Source: Amoebidium appalachense
Taxonomy: Eukaryota > Protista > Ichthyosporea
Direction: 5' to 3'
DNA: 64,000 bases
Assembly (NCBI GenBank): GCA_963693365.1
Contig: CAVNZM010000011.1
Coordinates: 744,001-808,000, forward strand
In this document: positions 43,735 through 56,972 of the stretch, piece by piece
Numbering within the stretch: position 1 is the stretch's first letter
Layout of the letters: the number at the start of each line of letters is the position of its first letter
Notes under the pieces: generated by a model
The model's database searches: none
Told to the model about the DNA's origin: nothing
What the model saw: only the letters and a program-made list of their open reading frames with translations
Position numbers and translations under genes: made by a program

Positions 43735-44032
43735 GGGAGCGCAACGTACAACAAGAAGTCACAAAGACACAATGAATACGGCACACATGCGTTCTCTCCA
43801 TAAACACAAAGCAACAGTGCCCGTCCTTATGGTACGCAAGCTTGCGCATGTAGGTTTAGCCGTGGTGTGTGTTGTGTTGAAGAAGGGGTTGGTAGATTTT
43901 TATTCGCGGGGAGAGACTTCCCCCAGGGAGAAGGGGGGGGGGGGGGGGGGGGGGGGAGTGGTCCGTGGGATGTGTGCCTACAGCTGCATGAGCATGAGCC
44001 TGTGAAAGTAAGAGGTTTTTTGTTTTTTTTTG

Positions 44033-44068
<36 letters not shown>

Positions 44069-44861
44069 GATTACAGCACGAGGGACCTAAACACAACAAA
44101 GAACAAAATGTGTGTGTTGGGGGGTAACATGCACGCACCAGCTCGACAGTGTCTAGGCTGTCCAGGCCAAGGTCCTTAATGAAGTGTGCTGACAGAGACA
44201 CCTGCACACACCATCGTCAGTGTGCTTGTCCATAATCACTCCCCCCCCACCCCCCTTCCCCCATCACCGCCACCACCCTTCAATGCCCTGTGAAAGTGCA
44301 TCACGTGTACTCAATGGGTCTGCCTTCTGCCTTCCCTCATTTATCCAACAAGAGAGCGGACGGAGAAGGGAACGGGGGGGGGGGGGGGGACGGGGGGTGT
44401 CACGCTTTGTCTGTCATTAACGCTGCCATTACCTCTAAGTTGTCAATCCCTACCTTGATCCATCCCTTTTCAATTTACTAAACACACATTTCTATCGGAA
44501 CGATCCCATATCCCAACGAGCACACGCATAGATGCAAAGGTGCGCGCACACACGCACACACACAAAATTTCCTAAAGACACCAACCGCAAACACACACAT
44601 AGATTCGAGGGGATGCACACATGCACCCCAACCAGGGAGAACTGGTTCCTTTCCCCAACAATCTACATATCACTTTTAGCGACCCTCCCCCACGGCCCCC
44701 GTCAACCCCCTCCTCCCTCCTCCCCCAACCCCCTCCTACCACACGCACACACCTCCCGCTTCTCCCCCAGACCACCACCACGACCACAAAAATACGCAAA
44801 TACGCCGCAAGCAACACACAACATTGAAGCCCTTCCATGTTCACCGCCATCACCTCCCCCC

Positions 44862-44892
<31 letters not shown>

Positions 44893-45787
44893 ACACACAT
44901 ACACACACCCCTGTCCCCTCCCCACACCATCACCAAACCAAACCAGAAAAAGCAACCACACCAGTCAAATTCTCCCACCCATACACACTCGTTCCTATCC
45001 TTCCACATTTCACTCCCGCCACCTACATTGAGTGCATCACAAGCCCCCTGATAGTTGTTTACAATCCTGTGTAGCAGTCCAATAAACAACACAGAAAACC
45101 AACCCCCTCCTATTCCCCAGCCCAGACCTCCCAACCCAAGCATCACTCCCACCTCCACTTAAAACTCCTATTTTCGAAGGTCGCTTACACCTCAATACAA
45201 AAAACCCCTGTTTAATTTAAAGTTCGTTATGTCTTCCGTTTCTCCTCCAATAAAAGCCAGGGCATCCCAACACACACCGAGGTCTACCATCAAAAAAAGT
45301 CCAACGTCGACAGGGCACTTCTTAATCGCTTTGCAACAAACACCCCTTCCCTCCCTTTCCTTCCTCGCTTCCTGTAACTTGCAAAAAAACGCTAGCGTGA
45401 ACTAAACTTGAATCAATGATTTTAATGCACCCTTAATTTATAAGACATGGTACTCTCTCATTTCAGCTCCCTCCCTCAGCCTTTCCCACTCATCCAGCAG
45501 TCGTCCCACTGACTCTTCTTCCCCCATAAATAGGAATATAAATGGGTAGAATACCCACTAGAGCACACGCACACGCGCAGCACACATACCTTTCCTGCGT
45601 CGACCTTCTCATAGTTCTTCAGGATGTCCAGCACACGCCCAGCCACCTCCTCGTGGCTGGGGCCGTCTGCGTAAAACCTCCGTGCGATAAGCGCAAGTGC
45701 GGGTGTTTGTCTGCTTACAAGCATGCTGATTTGACTGCGCGCAGCCACCTGGGTGAGCGGTCGAATGGCTGAGAAAAGGCCCGACAT
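42419..45787 (-). CDS. NDUFAB1: Mitochondrial acyl carrier protein; exons 45787-45590, 44201-44139, 42523-42419
   Basis: Arg/Ser-rich presequence, then [64 protein letters not shown], containing the DSL phosphopantetheine motif. Confidence 0.95.
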
Positions 45788-46373
45788 TTTTCTAAGAAAT
45801 GAGTGGTTAAAACACAACGAGGGAGGGAGAAGGCGACCGGTGTGTAGGCTGGCTGGGTGTGGCTGCTTTTGTGGCCCAGCCATCATTTTTCAGCCATGGC
45901 CGCATGCGGGTCAGACAAAACAGGCCAGAGACATTCGGGCTGCGATGAAACCGAACCGAAAGTCGTAAAGTCTGGGGGTTAGATCCGTTCCATTGATTGG
46001 ATCCCTGGAATCTTTTATATATAATGACTTTATTGGGGCCTTTATTGGGGGGGTGCGGCATGCCAGGAGCTACTACTAGAGAGAAGGGGGGGTATGATTG
46101 GAGGGGGGGGTGTTCAGCTAACCTTATATGGATAAAGCAAAGTTACAAGGATTCAAGCCATTGGTTGGGCAAGACCCCTTTTGCCGAATATGGATAACAG
46201 ATCATACACTGCTGTAGGCGGCGGTCAGGAATTGGCGCGCTCTTTACTGGTCACAATTCACAACCAGTCCGGGAAGGCCATGAGCAGCATTGCCGAGCAC
46301 ACTGGAATACGGGAATGTTTGCGGTAACGTAGTCGCACTAGGGGGGCAGGGGGCCAGGCCCCAAGTGTTTAAA

Positions 46374-47765
46374 ATGAAGCCAGGCTGCCCTAAGGGCACA
46401 ACACAGCGCCCTGGGCATAAAACAGGCGGAGCTAGGGAGGGAGCTGGGCGCAAAAAAAAAGATGCTGCATTTGTTCAGCCTTTAGCGAACTTTGCAGGTT
46501 TTGGGACGGCAAACAAAGCTGTTTTGCAGGAACTAAACGTAAACGTACAACCCGAACAGCCCCCTCTATCTAAGGCCGCCGACATAAGGGCCCGTGTAGT
46601 TGAGGCAGGTAGCGTCCATTCGTTACCAAGAGAAATGGATCGGGCCCCTGCTCCACACCCACCAGACATACAGGTGCAACCCGACGAGGAACCTTTGCTA
46701 AATGCAGCAGCAGATGCGTACCGGGTAGACGAGGATGAAGGGGAGGAAGAGGGAGAAGATAATACGGACGGGGATGACGGTGGAGAGGAGTTTTCTGACG
46801 CGGCGGGCGAAACAATCAAGTCGCACCTGCACACAGTGAAAGAGAGTCTCAAAGATGAGAAGACGCCTGTGGGGTGGCATCTTCCACCTCCCATTATAGG
46901 CTTTAAATTTGGGGGCGATCCAGCGCCTTTCTACAAACCCAGATGTTTTGCCTGGCTTCCGGAAAGGTTGTCTCCCGGTTTCATGGTGCCGTGCCCCTTC
47001 GATGATCACTACGTGGACCCCCACAACCACCCCAACCCACACCGTACTTCTCGCAATGGGTTCATGAGCAACCCCGTAGGACGGCGTGTTATCGACTTTG
47101 ACAGCTGCTACTACATTATCACGGCCCGGTACTTTTGTGACACATGCAAAAAAAACTTTGCCGGCACAAACCCCCCAGACAATTAAACGCCTTCCACTCT
47201 TCATGCGTGATCAGTTTCCGGCCTACCTTAGCCACCGCAGTGGGCTCGACCTAAAGGTGGTAACATTGTTGCGTGCACTGGCAGACAAAGGTGTGGGCCC
47301 AAACGCCTTTGCCACCCTCCTCTCGGAGCTCCACAAGCAGCGATACGACGAGCAGCGGCTCCTGTATTACTCGAGGGCGCTGCATTGGACCAAGTATGAA
47401 CTCAAAAAGCGTAACGATTTCCGCCCCCACGACCAGCGCCTGACAGAACTTCCCCCAGAGGAGCAGGCGGCTAAGTTCTCGGCGTTTGGTGACAAAAAAT
47501 GGTTACGCTGGACATGTGCCTTCAGGCAAGTGTGCACTGCATTTTGGGTGTGTAAATGGTCCCCATTGTTTTGTATGCACGTGCTTGGGCATTTTTTGGG
47601 TTGGCTTGGTAGGGTTTTGTTTTATTATTTTTTATTTTTTTTTTAGGGGGGGGGGGGACTTGGAAATGGGTTTTGGAAGTGTGGTCAATAAGTTTCTATT
47701 ATGGTGGTGGTGGATGTGTGGTGGTGGATGTGCGCCTGTGAGTGTGCGTGTACTTGTGGGTCCGT

Positions 47766-47796
<31 letters not shown>

Positions 47797-49025
47797 GGGG
47801 GGGGAGGGGGGAGGGGGGACATGGTGATGGATTAGGTGGTGGTGGTGGCAATCAGTCATGGTGGTGGTGGTGGTGGTGGTGGGGGGGGGGGGGGGGGGGG
47901 GGGGGGAGGGGCAGAGGGATCATCAGAGGGGTGAAAGCATAACGGTCCATGTACCAGTGAGTGTGCTTGGGAAATCGTGGAGAACTGTTATGCCTGAAAT
48001 TAGATGGTGGGTGTGCGCATGTGTGTCTGTGTGTGTTGGGGGAAAGGAGGTGGAGAGCGGGGGGGGGGGGGGGGGGGGGGGGGGAGGGCACATGGTGGTA
48101 GACTGGATCTTGGTGGCGGTACTTAATGGTTATTATAGTAGTGGCAGGAGGGTGTGGGGGGAAGGGCAAACGGACGTGCAGGGGACAAACTGCAGATGGG
48201 GCACAAAGGGGAAAGAAGGTGAAAGTTGGTGCAATGACTTGGAGGGTTTGCGCGCGCCGGGAGGCGGGGGGAGGGGGGGGGGGGGGGGAGGGGGGGGGGG
48301 GGCAAACGGCCGGAGATGGGTGTGTAGCGTTTTTGAGATGGGAAAAGCCATACAGACTTACGAAAATACAGAGAGGTGAGATGAACACGAGGGACTAGAG
48401 GGAATGGGGGGGATGGTCCTGATGGGAGGGTGGTGGAGTTCTAACAGTACTTGGGGTTCAGGCAAATACCTGAGTGCCGTGTATACTGAGTTCAGCGACC
48501 GCACGGCAAAGTACCAGAGCCTGGACACGCAGCTCAAGCCCGTAAACAACGTGCTCAAGGCCGACCACACCTTCCAAATTGGGAAGCTCACCGGCATCAA
48601 TGGGGAGCCTCTGTACCGAGGCCTATGGACTTGTGTAAACGAGCTTGGCGGTGTGTGGTCCCTCCTCTTCTCCCCCCTCCCCCCACTCTCCCCCCAGGCC
48701 CCCTCCCCCCCCCCCCCCCCCCCCCACACACGCCCACCCCCCCCCCCCCCCCACACACACACACACACACGCCCCCTCCCCCCCCCCTCCCCCCCCCCTC
48801 CCCCTCTAGGGCCTTTAAATCTCTTAGGCTCCACATTTAATGAGGTGGCACACTGTGAGTAGAGGTTTGTAGTATGTGGGTTTTGGGGACAATTCTTGCC
48901 CTGTCGAGCAAAAACTAGGAAGCTCCAGATATGTGTGTATGTGTTTTTGCTGGGTAGAGATTGGGGTGGGCTGGGGTGGAGCTTTCTTTTGGCGGGGAAT
49001 CGGGGGGGGGGGGGGGGGGGGGGGG

Positions 49026-49062
<37 letters not shown>

Positions 49063-50558
49063 AGCTTCTGCCAAGCAGAATGGGAGTAGGGGCCAGTGAT
49101 TGCAAGGGATGCAGGGGGGGGGGGGGGGGGGGGGGGAGACACCACCGTCGGGGTTGAAGGTAGAGAGGGCAAGAGGCCCGGGGTGGGGTGGGGGGGGGGG
49201 GGGGGGGGGGGGACAGTAGGTGCCATATGGAGGGCTGTCCCATGGTTTGGGGGGAGGGGGAGTGGGGAAGGATCGTGGGCACATGGGTTTGGGGGGAAGG
49301 CAGAGAGGGGGAAAGGATTGTGATCACAAGGGTTTAGGGGGAGGAAGGGGGAAGGATTGTAGGTACATGGGTTTAGGGGGGAGGGGGGGGGGGAAGATTT
49401 TGGGGGAAAGGGAGGCCTGGGGAAAGTATGTGGGCACATGGGTTTGGGGGGGAAGGAGGGGGAAGGGTTTTGGGGGAGAGGGAGGGGGAAAGTATGTGGG
49501 CACATGGGTTTGGGGGGAGGGAGGGGGAAAGGATTGTGTGGGCACTGAAGTCTCGTGAAGGGCCATGTGGTAAGGGAAGCTAGAACATGCATGGCTGCTC
49601 GGAGATGCCCTCTCACACAGTGCGGCACCCCAGAGATCCGGGCGCAGGTATTTACACGGGACTGCAGCCACCAGGAGATTGAGCCCGTGATCCAGCGCAT
49701 CTCTGCCACCACGGCGGCGCTCAACAGCAAGGGCCCGGCCTTCTTCTACACAGATCGGTGCTGCCAAGACCGGGCGTTTGTTGAGCGCATGTTTCCAACC
49801 CTAGCCCGGCCAAAATGCCCCGTCCGTCTGAACGAGGCTGCGCTGGTAAGCGTGACGGACGGTCTGCCTGGGCTGGAGCTGCCGGCCAACTACCCTAAGC
49901 CGGTGTACACCGACTGCCAGGGGGCGGTGGTGGCTACAGCGGCCATTCGTGCCGACCTGGAGGGGCAGCAGCACCGCGTGGTGGGGCTGGACTGCGAGTG
50001 GGTCTATCGGGTGGGCCAGGCGCGGTCCAAGGTTTGCACGCTGCAGATTGCCACCGCACGGGCCGTGTACATCTTCCACTTGGCACGCATGGGCCCCAAC
50101 CACAGCCCGCCCGCGCGGCTGGTGGACGAGCTGATTGCGCTGCTTAGGGACCCCAGCATCATCAAGGTGGGCAAGCAGATCGGCACGGACTCGGCCCACC
50201 TCAACAAGGACTACGGCACCCCTGTGGCCAGCTATCTGGAGCTGGGCCGGTTCTGCTATGCCCGTGCAGCTATCACCTCTGCGGCCCGGGGCTTGGCCGA
50301 CATCACTGCCCAGGTCATAGGCAAGAAGCTGCCCAAGCCGGCACTTGTTCGATGCTCCAACTGGCACGAGCCGCTATCAGAGGTGCAGGCCACCTACGCT
50401 GCCCTTGATGCATATGCGTCCCTGCAGGTCTACTCGGCCGTGGTCGATAGGCCAAACCTGTCAGGTGTGTATCCCACCTGCTTTTTGCCCCAGTGCTTAT
50501 GTGCTTATGCCAGATATAGAAAGATTGTGGGCCCCCCAGAGGGGAGAGGGGAGGGGGA

Positions 50559-50589
<31 letters not shown>

Positions 50590-50683
50590 TGGCTGACCAC
50601 ATGGGCCAGTGTTCCAGTTGTGTTATGCTGGGTGTCGGGTGGCTATCAAAGGAGGGGGTGATTGGTGGTGGTGGTGGTGGTGG

Positions 50684-50714
<31 letters not shown>

Positions 50715-52359
50715 TATAGCACTGTTAACACGTGCAAGTGCCACACAAGCTGGGCACTGGGAGAGGGGGGGGGGGGGGGGAGGGAGAAGGGGGGGGGGGG
50801 GGGGGGAGAAGGGGGTTGCTAAGGAATATGCATTTGATTTTTGTGGAGCGAAGAGAAAAACGTTGGTGCTGTGGCTTTTTGGCTGAGTTTTTTGCTTCCC
50901 TCTATGACATGCAGCGCGGCTTCATGCAAAGGCACTCGGTGAAGGGGTTGAGATTGTGCCCCGGCGGGGCCCACATGCTGCAGCAGCCACCGGGGTGGTG
51001 CTGGCTGTGCAGCCGGAGCGCTGGGGGGGCATGAAGGTGGGCAAGAAGCATGCAGTGGTGCGGGTGGATCAGGTGCTGTCGCCGGCCATGCAGGTGCCCT
51101 TTGGCCCCGACAAGGGCAAGACCCTGGGAGAGCTGGGCCCGCCGCCCTTTGAGCTGATGGTGCACCTGCAGTGGCTACGGCCCATTCAGCCCCCACCGGA
51201 CCCAGGTGCCGAGGTGCCGGTGGTCCCTGACCCAGCCCCTCCCCCTGCCAGTCCTCCCCCTGCCGAGCAGCAGCAACCCCTTGCCGGCCCACAGGCACCC
51301 CCCCAGGACCCCCAGGCAGCCCCGGGGGGCCTTGAGGCAGCCCCAGGGGGACCCGAGGCAGCTCCCAGAGAGGGCATGTTGGGCCAGGCACCGCCTGGGG
51401 AGGTGGTGTGGCAGACTGTGCTGAATGACGCCTTCCACTCCATTGCAAACACGGCGGACGGCACGTACAAGTCACACCCCCGCAGGGCTGAGTACGCACG
51501 CGCACTCAGCGAGGCAATATTTGTGTGGAATGAAGAGGATTACGGACATGTGAAGGTGCCCCCCCCCTCCCCCCCCCCCCCCCAAAATAAAAAATAAAAA
51601 ATAAAAATAAAAAAAACGGCAACAACAACATGCGTGACTGACGCGCACACACACATACACTCGTTAGCACACACTCACCATTCCACCCACAACCATGCAC
51701 ACCTTCGACAAAACTTCTGAGGGAAGAGAGAGAGCCTGAGCCTCAGAGAGAGGGGGGGCAAGGGGGGGGGGGGGAGGGGGGGGAGGGGGGAGGAGAGTGG
51801 GGGTTATTCATATGCCTAGAGAGAAATAATGTAGGGTTGTGGGGGGAAATAGCCACATGCATTTTTTACTTGTGTTGGGGGAGAAGATGGGGGGGGTGGA
51901 GGGGAGGGGTCCTACAATAACGGCAGGTATCAAAGTCTACCAAACCCAAATTGCAGTGTGCGTAGTAAATTAATATTGGCATCCTGCCTCACAGGGGGTG
52001 CTGGAGCAGAAGGGCATCGACATTGAAACCGAGCTCAAGGGCGGCGACCTGAGCTACTTCATGGAGCGCATCCGGCGGGTTATTCCCGACCCATACACGC
52101 TGGTCTCGCGGCTGGTGGAGTTCAAAAACACCTACAAGGATGTGCCGCCCGGACCGGATGGCAAGCCTCTGTTCAAGAAGGATGGCTTTGAAAGACTCGA
52201 GGCAACATCCCCCCCCCCCCCCCCCTCCCCCTGCAGGCGCCCAACAACTCCACCACCACAGAAAAGATTCTTCGCTTATTTGTCATCCTTGGTTCATCTG
52301 CACACACACGCACACCCTAGCCTCCCCCCCCCCCCCCCCCCCCTCCCCCCCCCAAACAT

Positions 52360-52425
<66 letters not shown>

Positions 52426-54213
52426 CCCGCACGGCCCTTGCTGCCTAGCCAGTTGTTTTTTGCCTTTCCCTGCTCGTTTTTTTCCTTAGCAACCCCATCC
52501 CCCCCCCCCCCCCCCCCCCCCCCCCCCACCACACACACACACACACACACATACACACACACTACCACCACCACCACCCACCCATCTCTCTGATGTTTGC
52601 TTGTGCCCCCACAGTCGCTGCTCGAACACGCCCAAAATGGCTGTCTGTCGGACCCCCCCGGCCTGCCCCTCTACTACGAGACCACTGCCGACGCAGATGG
52701 GCTCATGCGCTACCGCTGCATCCGGGGCACCAACGAGGTGGAGGGGGCAGTGCACAACCCCCTGGCCACCCACTTTGGGGCCACACGCATGTCGCTGCGC
52801 CTGCTGGACGCCACCATGTCCAATAGGCGCCACCGCCACAACCTGCGTGCACACTACCGCAACCGCCTGGGCCAGGCATCGGGGGCCCCCCACTACAGCC
52901 CCTGGATTGTTGACGACATGGAGGCACTGGCGCTGATGCTGTACGGCCATCACCTCGACCCCCAGTGGGTACCCGTAGGCTGCTACAAGCTACCGGAGGA
53001 GTACTTCAACTTTGCCCCGCTCTCCTGTGTGGCCAATGCCCCGGCGCAGGAGCCAGTTGCGGTGCCCGCACCCCCACCTCCGTCTGATAACATCGAGCCT
53101 GCAGCCAATGGCGTGATGGGCGGGCCAGAGGACTGTGAGGTCGAGGAGGGTGACGGTGCTGCCATGGGGGGGGGCAACCAGGTGGCGCGTGGTGCACCAC
53201 AGCCGGACCCTGCACTGAGGGGCGACTACAAGTTCCTGGCGCAGAAGCAACATGTGGCCATCCCCTTCCTTCCGGTGCTTACCCCTCAGGAGCGCAAGCT
53301 ATTCAGCACGCTGCTCCTGGGCACCTACAAGGCACATGCAAAGCCCAACGGCCAGCTGTTCGAGGCTTTGGCCCAAGACTTCAACAAGGCTGCCTCTGTG
53401 GCTGGGGGAATCTACATGAAGGATGCGGCCTACATCAAGAAGCATTTCGACAAGTGGAAGACCTGGCAGACGGCACATGCACAGCGCTCCACACACGAGG
53501 GCCTGGCAGATCACCGCAAGCGTATGCGCGAGGAGAGGGCAGACGCTGTGCCAGCAACCATACGGCCTGCCCCCTTGCCACCCCTCCCTGTTCCAGACGG
53601 TGTCGATGCAGGGGCGCAGCGTGAGCGGCCCTTGCCCATGCTAGTGGGCAAAAAGCATCGCAACATTGGCCCTGAGGGGCCCCTGCAGATGGATTTGCCG
53701 GTGCCCCCTCCTATGCAGCCACCCCAGAGAGCCCCCAAGACCTGCAAGACGTGTGGCCGCCAGGGCAAGGGCTGCCCCGGCTCCAATCGGGCCAAGAGCT
53801 GCCCACGTTGGGTTGCAGCCAATCAGGATGCCATGCCACCAGCACCCGCGCTTGACATGCAGCAGGGCCATGTGCCGCACATGCCCCCTGCACCCCATCC
53901 AGGCCCGCACCACCCACATGGCTGGCCCCCACCGTGGGGCATCATGCCGCCTCAGCCCGGCCCTGCCTTCCCCATGCCTGGGCTACTGCCGCAGCACGGT
54001 CCCCATCCTTACTTGGGCCATGTGGGCCAGCCCTCGGCTGGTGGGCAGTTCCCACCCCCTTCTCGTGCATCTGCTGTGCTGGGCCTGGCGTTGCCACCTG
54101 CTGGAGAGACGCAGCTGCAATGGCACGATCGAAAGCAAAGTAATCGTGGCCGCAAGTCTGCAGGCAGCCAATCAGGATCTCAGAGTAGTCAGAGTAGCCA
54201 AACTAGTGTCTAA
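46374..54213 (+). mobile_element. Dada-like DDE transposase with an inserted DEDDy 3'-5' exonuclease. Exons about 46374-47525 (two +1 frameshifts), 48462-48650, 49634-50464, 50984-51555, 51995-52201, 52615-54213
   Basis: N-terminal Cys/His region CPF..H..GRRVID..YYI..RYFCDTC and FPAYLSHRSGLD. Putative catalytic D (LKADHTF, 48563), D (FYTDRCC, 49753), DxxH (DAFH, 51427) and E (RGTNEVEG, 52741). Exonuclease motifs VVGLDCEW, GTDSAHL and YAALDAY lie between the second D and DxxH, the arrangement described for some Dada transposases. C-terminal CKTC-x6-C..C cluster. Element termini not identified. Confidence 0.8.
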
Positions 54214-54299
54214 TATTGGAATGTACACCAATGTAACGGATCTCATATGTGTTGTAGTGCTTCAAGTTATACCTGTTCTTCGTACAGTCATGTTAGGGG

Positions 54300-54332
<33 letters not shown>

Positions 54333-54657
54333 TAGCTTTCATTCCGAAGTTTACTGTAAAGAATTAAAATTTAGAATCTGAGTAATAGTACAGAGCCTTT
54401 GCACTTTTCTCTGTTTGTTAGGAATTCTTTGTGATCGAGAGTATGGTGTGTTAGACTATTGGTGTTAATGTGTCCTGGAAGGTGTATAATGTCTGCTGGC
54501 CGTAGTCAGTATCTATTTTTAGGTATATAGTATATTTTTAAATGTTGGCCGCTGGCCAATAAATAGCAAATAATAAACACACGATAAAGTCAACAGCGTG
54601 CCAAAAAACTAATCCCCAGCGAGCGCACCCAGTGATGTGTGTGTGTGTGTGTGTGTC

Positions 54658-54723
<66 letters not shown>

Positions 54724-54814
54724 CGCGTGCGTGCGTGCGTGTGTGTGTGTGTGTGCGTGCGTGCGTGCGTGTGTGCGTGTGTGCGTGTGTGCGTGTGTGC
54801 GTGTGTGTGTGTGA

Positions 54815-54845
<31 letters not shown>

Positions 54846-56045
54846 GTGTGGTGTGTGCGCGGCTTGTACATATGTACGTGTTCATGTGCACCTGTGTCGG
54901 ACCTACGAAGTACATGAAAGTAAATTTTGACAGCATCGATCTGCCGGTGTGTATGTGTATGTGTGCCAGTGCAGCAGGTGTGCCTTGTAACTGATAGCTT
55001 CGCATTTTACGTGTGTGTATATATAGTAGTACGCATAGACACTTGCTGATCATTCGGATCGACATTAATATTTAATCTGTCTGTCCTCGGTTTTTTGAGT
55101 GAATGATGATCAAGTGTAAGAGCATTCACTTGGCAAGTATTAATGTTGCAGAGGCTAGCTGCAGCTGCAAGCGTCGGATGCACACTGACAATTGTCTTTT
55201 CAGCGAGTCTAACCTGCAGGCAGCAGCTGCACACATATAGGGTTGTTATCTTGCGGCACATGCACGGTGATCATTTCAGAGTAATAGAGTTCAGAGCAAT
55301 GAAAATAATGAAAATAACTAAACTTTGTGACTACTTTAAAGTTGCTGAGATCATACGTGGTGCAAGCTGCACTATGAACACATGTATAGTGCTAGTAATT
55401 AATACATTTTTGTTGCCTTCTGCAGGGTTATCGTAGCTACGTCACGGCCTGCACTCAGGGGGGGGAGGGGGGGGGAGAGGGGGGATGATTCGAAGGGGGT
55501 ATAAATAAGAACATGCACCTAAAGGTCTTTCCCGTGGATCCTCCCCCCTCCCCCCCCACCTCTCCCTCCCCCGGGGCCCCATACTATGATATCTAGGCCC
55601 AATATTATATGCCCCTTCCCCCCCCCCCCCCCCCCTCCCCTCTCCGGATCCCCGGACCCCACTTCCCTACCCGGAGGCTCAAGAGCTCCCCCTTCCCCTT
55701 CCCCCCCCCTCCCCCCCCCCCCCCCCAAGGCTTACGGGGGCCCTTCTTCATCGAGGGGGAGGGGGTGGGGGTGGGGGGGGTGGGGGGAGGGGGTGGGGGG
55801 GAGGGAAGTGGAAGGCGGGGGTGGATGCATGTCAGCCTAGGTGAATTCAATTGTTTAACTCCAGTGTGCAGGACTGGTCTGAAGGCTTAAGAAAACAACG
55901 AGGAAATGGGGTCCAGTGGAGGTGGTGGTGGTGTTCTGTGTGTGTGTGTACACGTGCACGTATGTGTGTGGTTTTTTTAAGGGGTGAGTGGTGGTGGTGG
56001 TGGTGGTGGTGGTCACCGTGGTGGTGGTGTGTGTGTCTGGTGTGT

Positions 56046-56095
<50 letters not shown>

Positions 56096-56972
56096 TAGAA
56101 AGAAAAACTGCTCGTGGGTCACTGTTTTTCGTCACTGTATTTGTAACGGGCCGCTCATATTTATATAACTACTTTAATTTAAGTACACGTGTTCATTATC
56201 ATATACGATGGCCAAATATAGAAATTTTGGCGTCGAAGTTCTTGGAGCTAAAAAAACGTTTAAAAGGGGGAAATAATAGCTTGGCCCCAAATTTACCTTG
56301 CCGTTTTTAGCGAATGTATTTTTTATTCATGAGTTCTAGTGATTCAGTGAGTGCACGTGCCTGCCTCAGGCTGATCATGACAACTGCAACACACCATTCC
56401 TACATGGATATCAACCAAAAGAAAATAGTATATACTGTGGTGGTCTCCTAAACCTTGTGCGGCATGCGCATACATGATATTACAGTGACGCATGTGCATA
56501 TTATTGTTCTGTACACCGGAGTGTGCCGGTGCACGTGGCTGTTTTGTGCACATGTTACAATAGCAGCACGATCTCCCTAAACTCCATGTTTACACATCCC
56601 TCACCCTGGCTCTGCCTTGTCGGTGCTCCAAAACACACATACAAATCCCCCTAGACTCAGTGCCTGCACATGGTCGCATTCACGTGCAGGTCACGTGACA
56701 CATGCGATGCCATACTGCCGTCTACAGCAACAACCACGGCAGCATGTATACCGGCCCAGCACGAAATATACTTATCGGCAGCCCACTGAACTCGCCCATT
56801 TTCTCTTTTTCATGTATGTCCCTCCTTTTTTGTAAAATCACCCTTTTTGGCCTCCCGGTAGTGGATTTTGCAGGATTTGACTTCTTTGAGGTCCAAAAAC
56901 CTCAAATTTTCCCCGGCGGGGCCGGGGAGGGAGAATTCAAAAATTGCCCGCTCCTGATATGGTACCCGGGCC

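Noticed and set aside
45890-46373. tRNA/U6/U1 target remnants or a terminus of the Dada-like element
   Set aside because: No recognisable snRNA or tRNA sequence and no convincing inverted match in 54213-56970.
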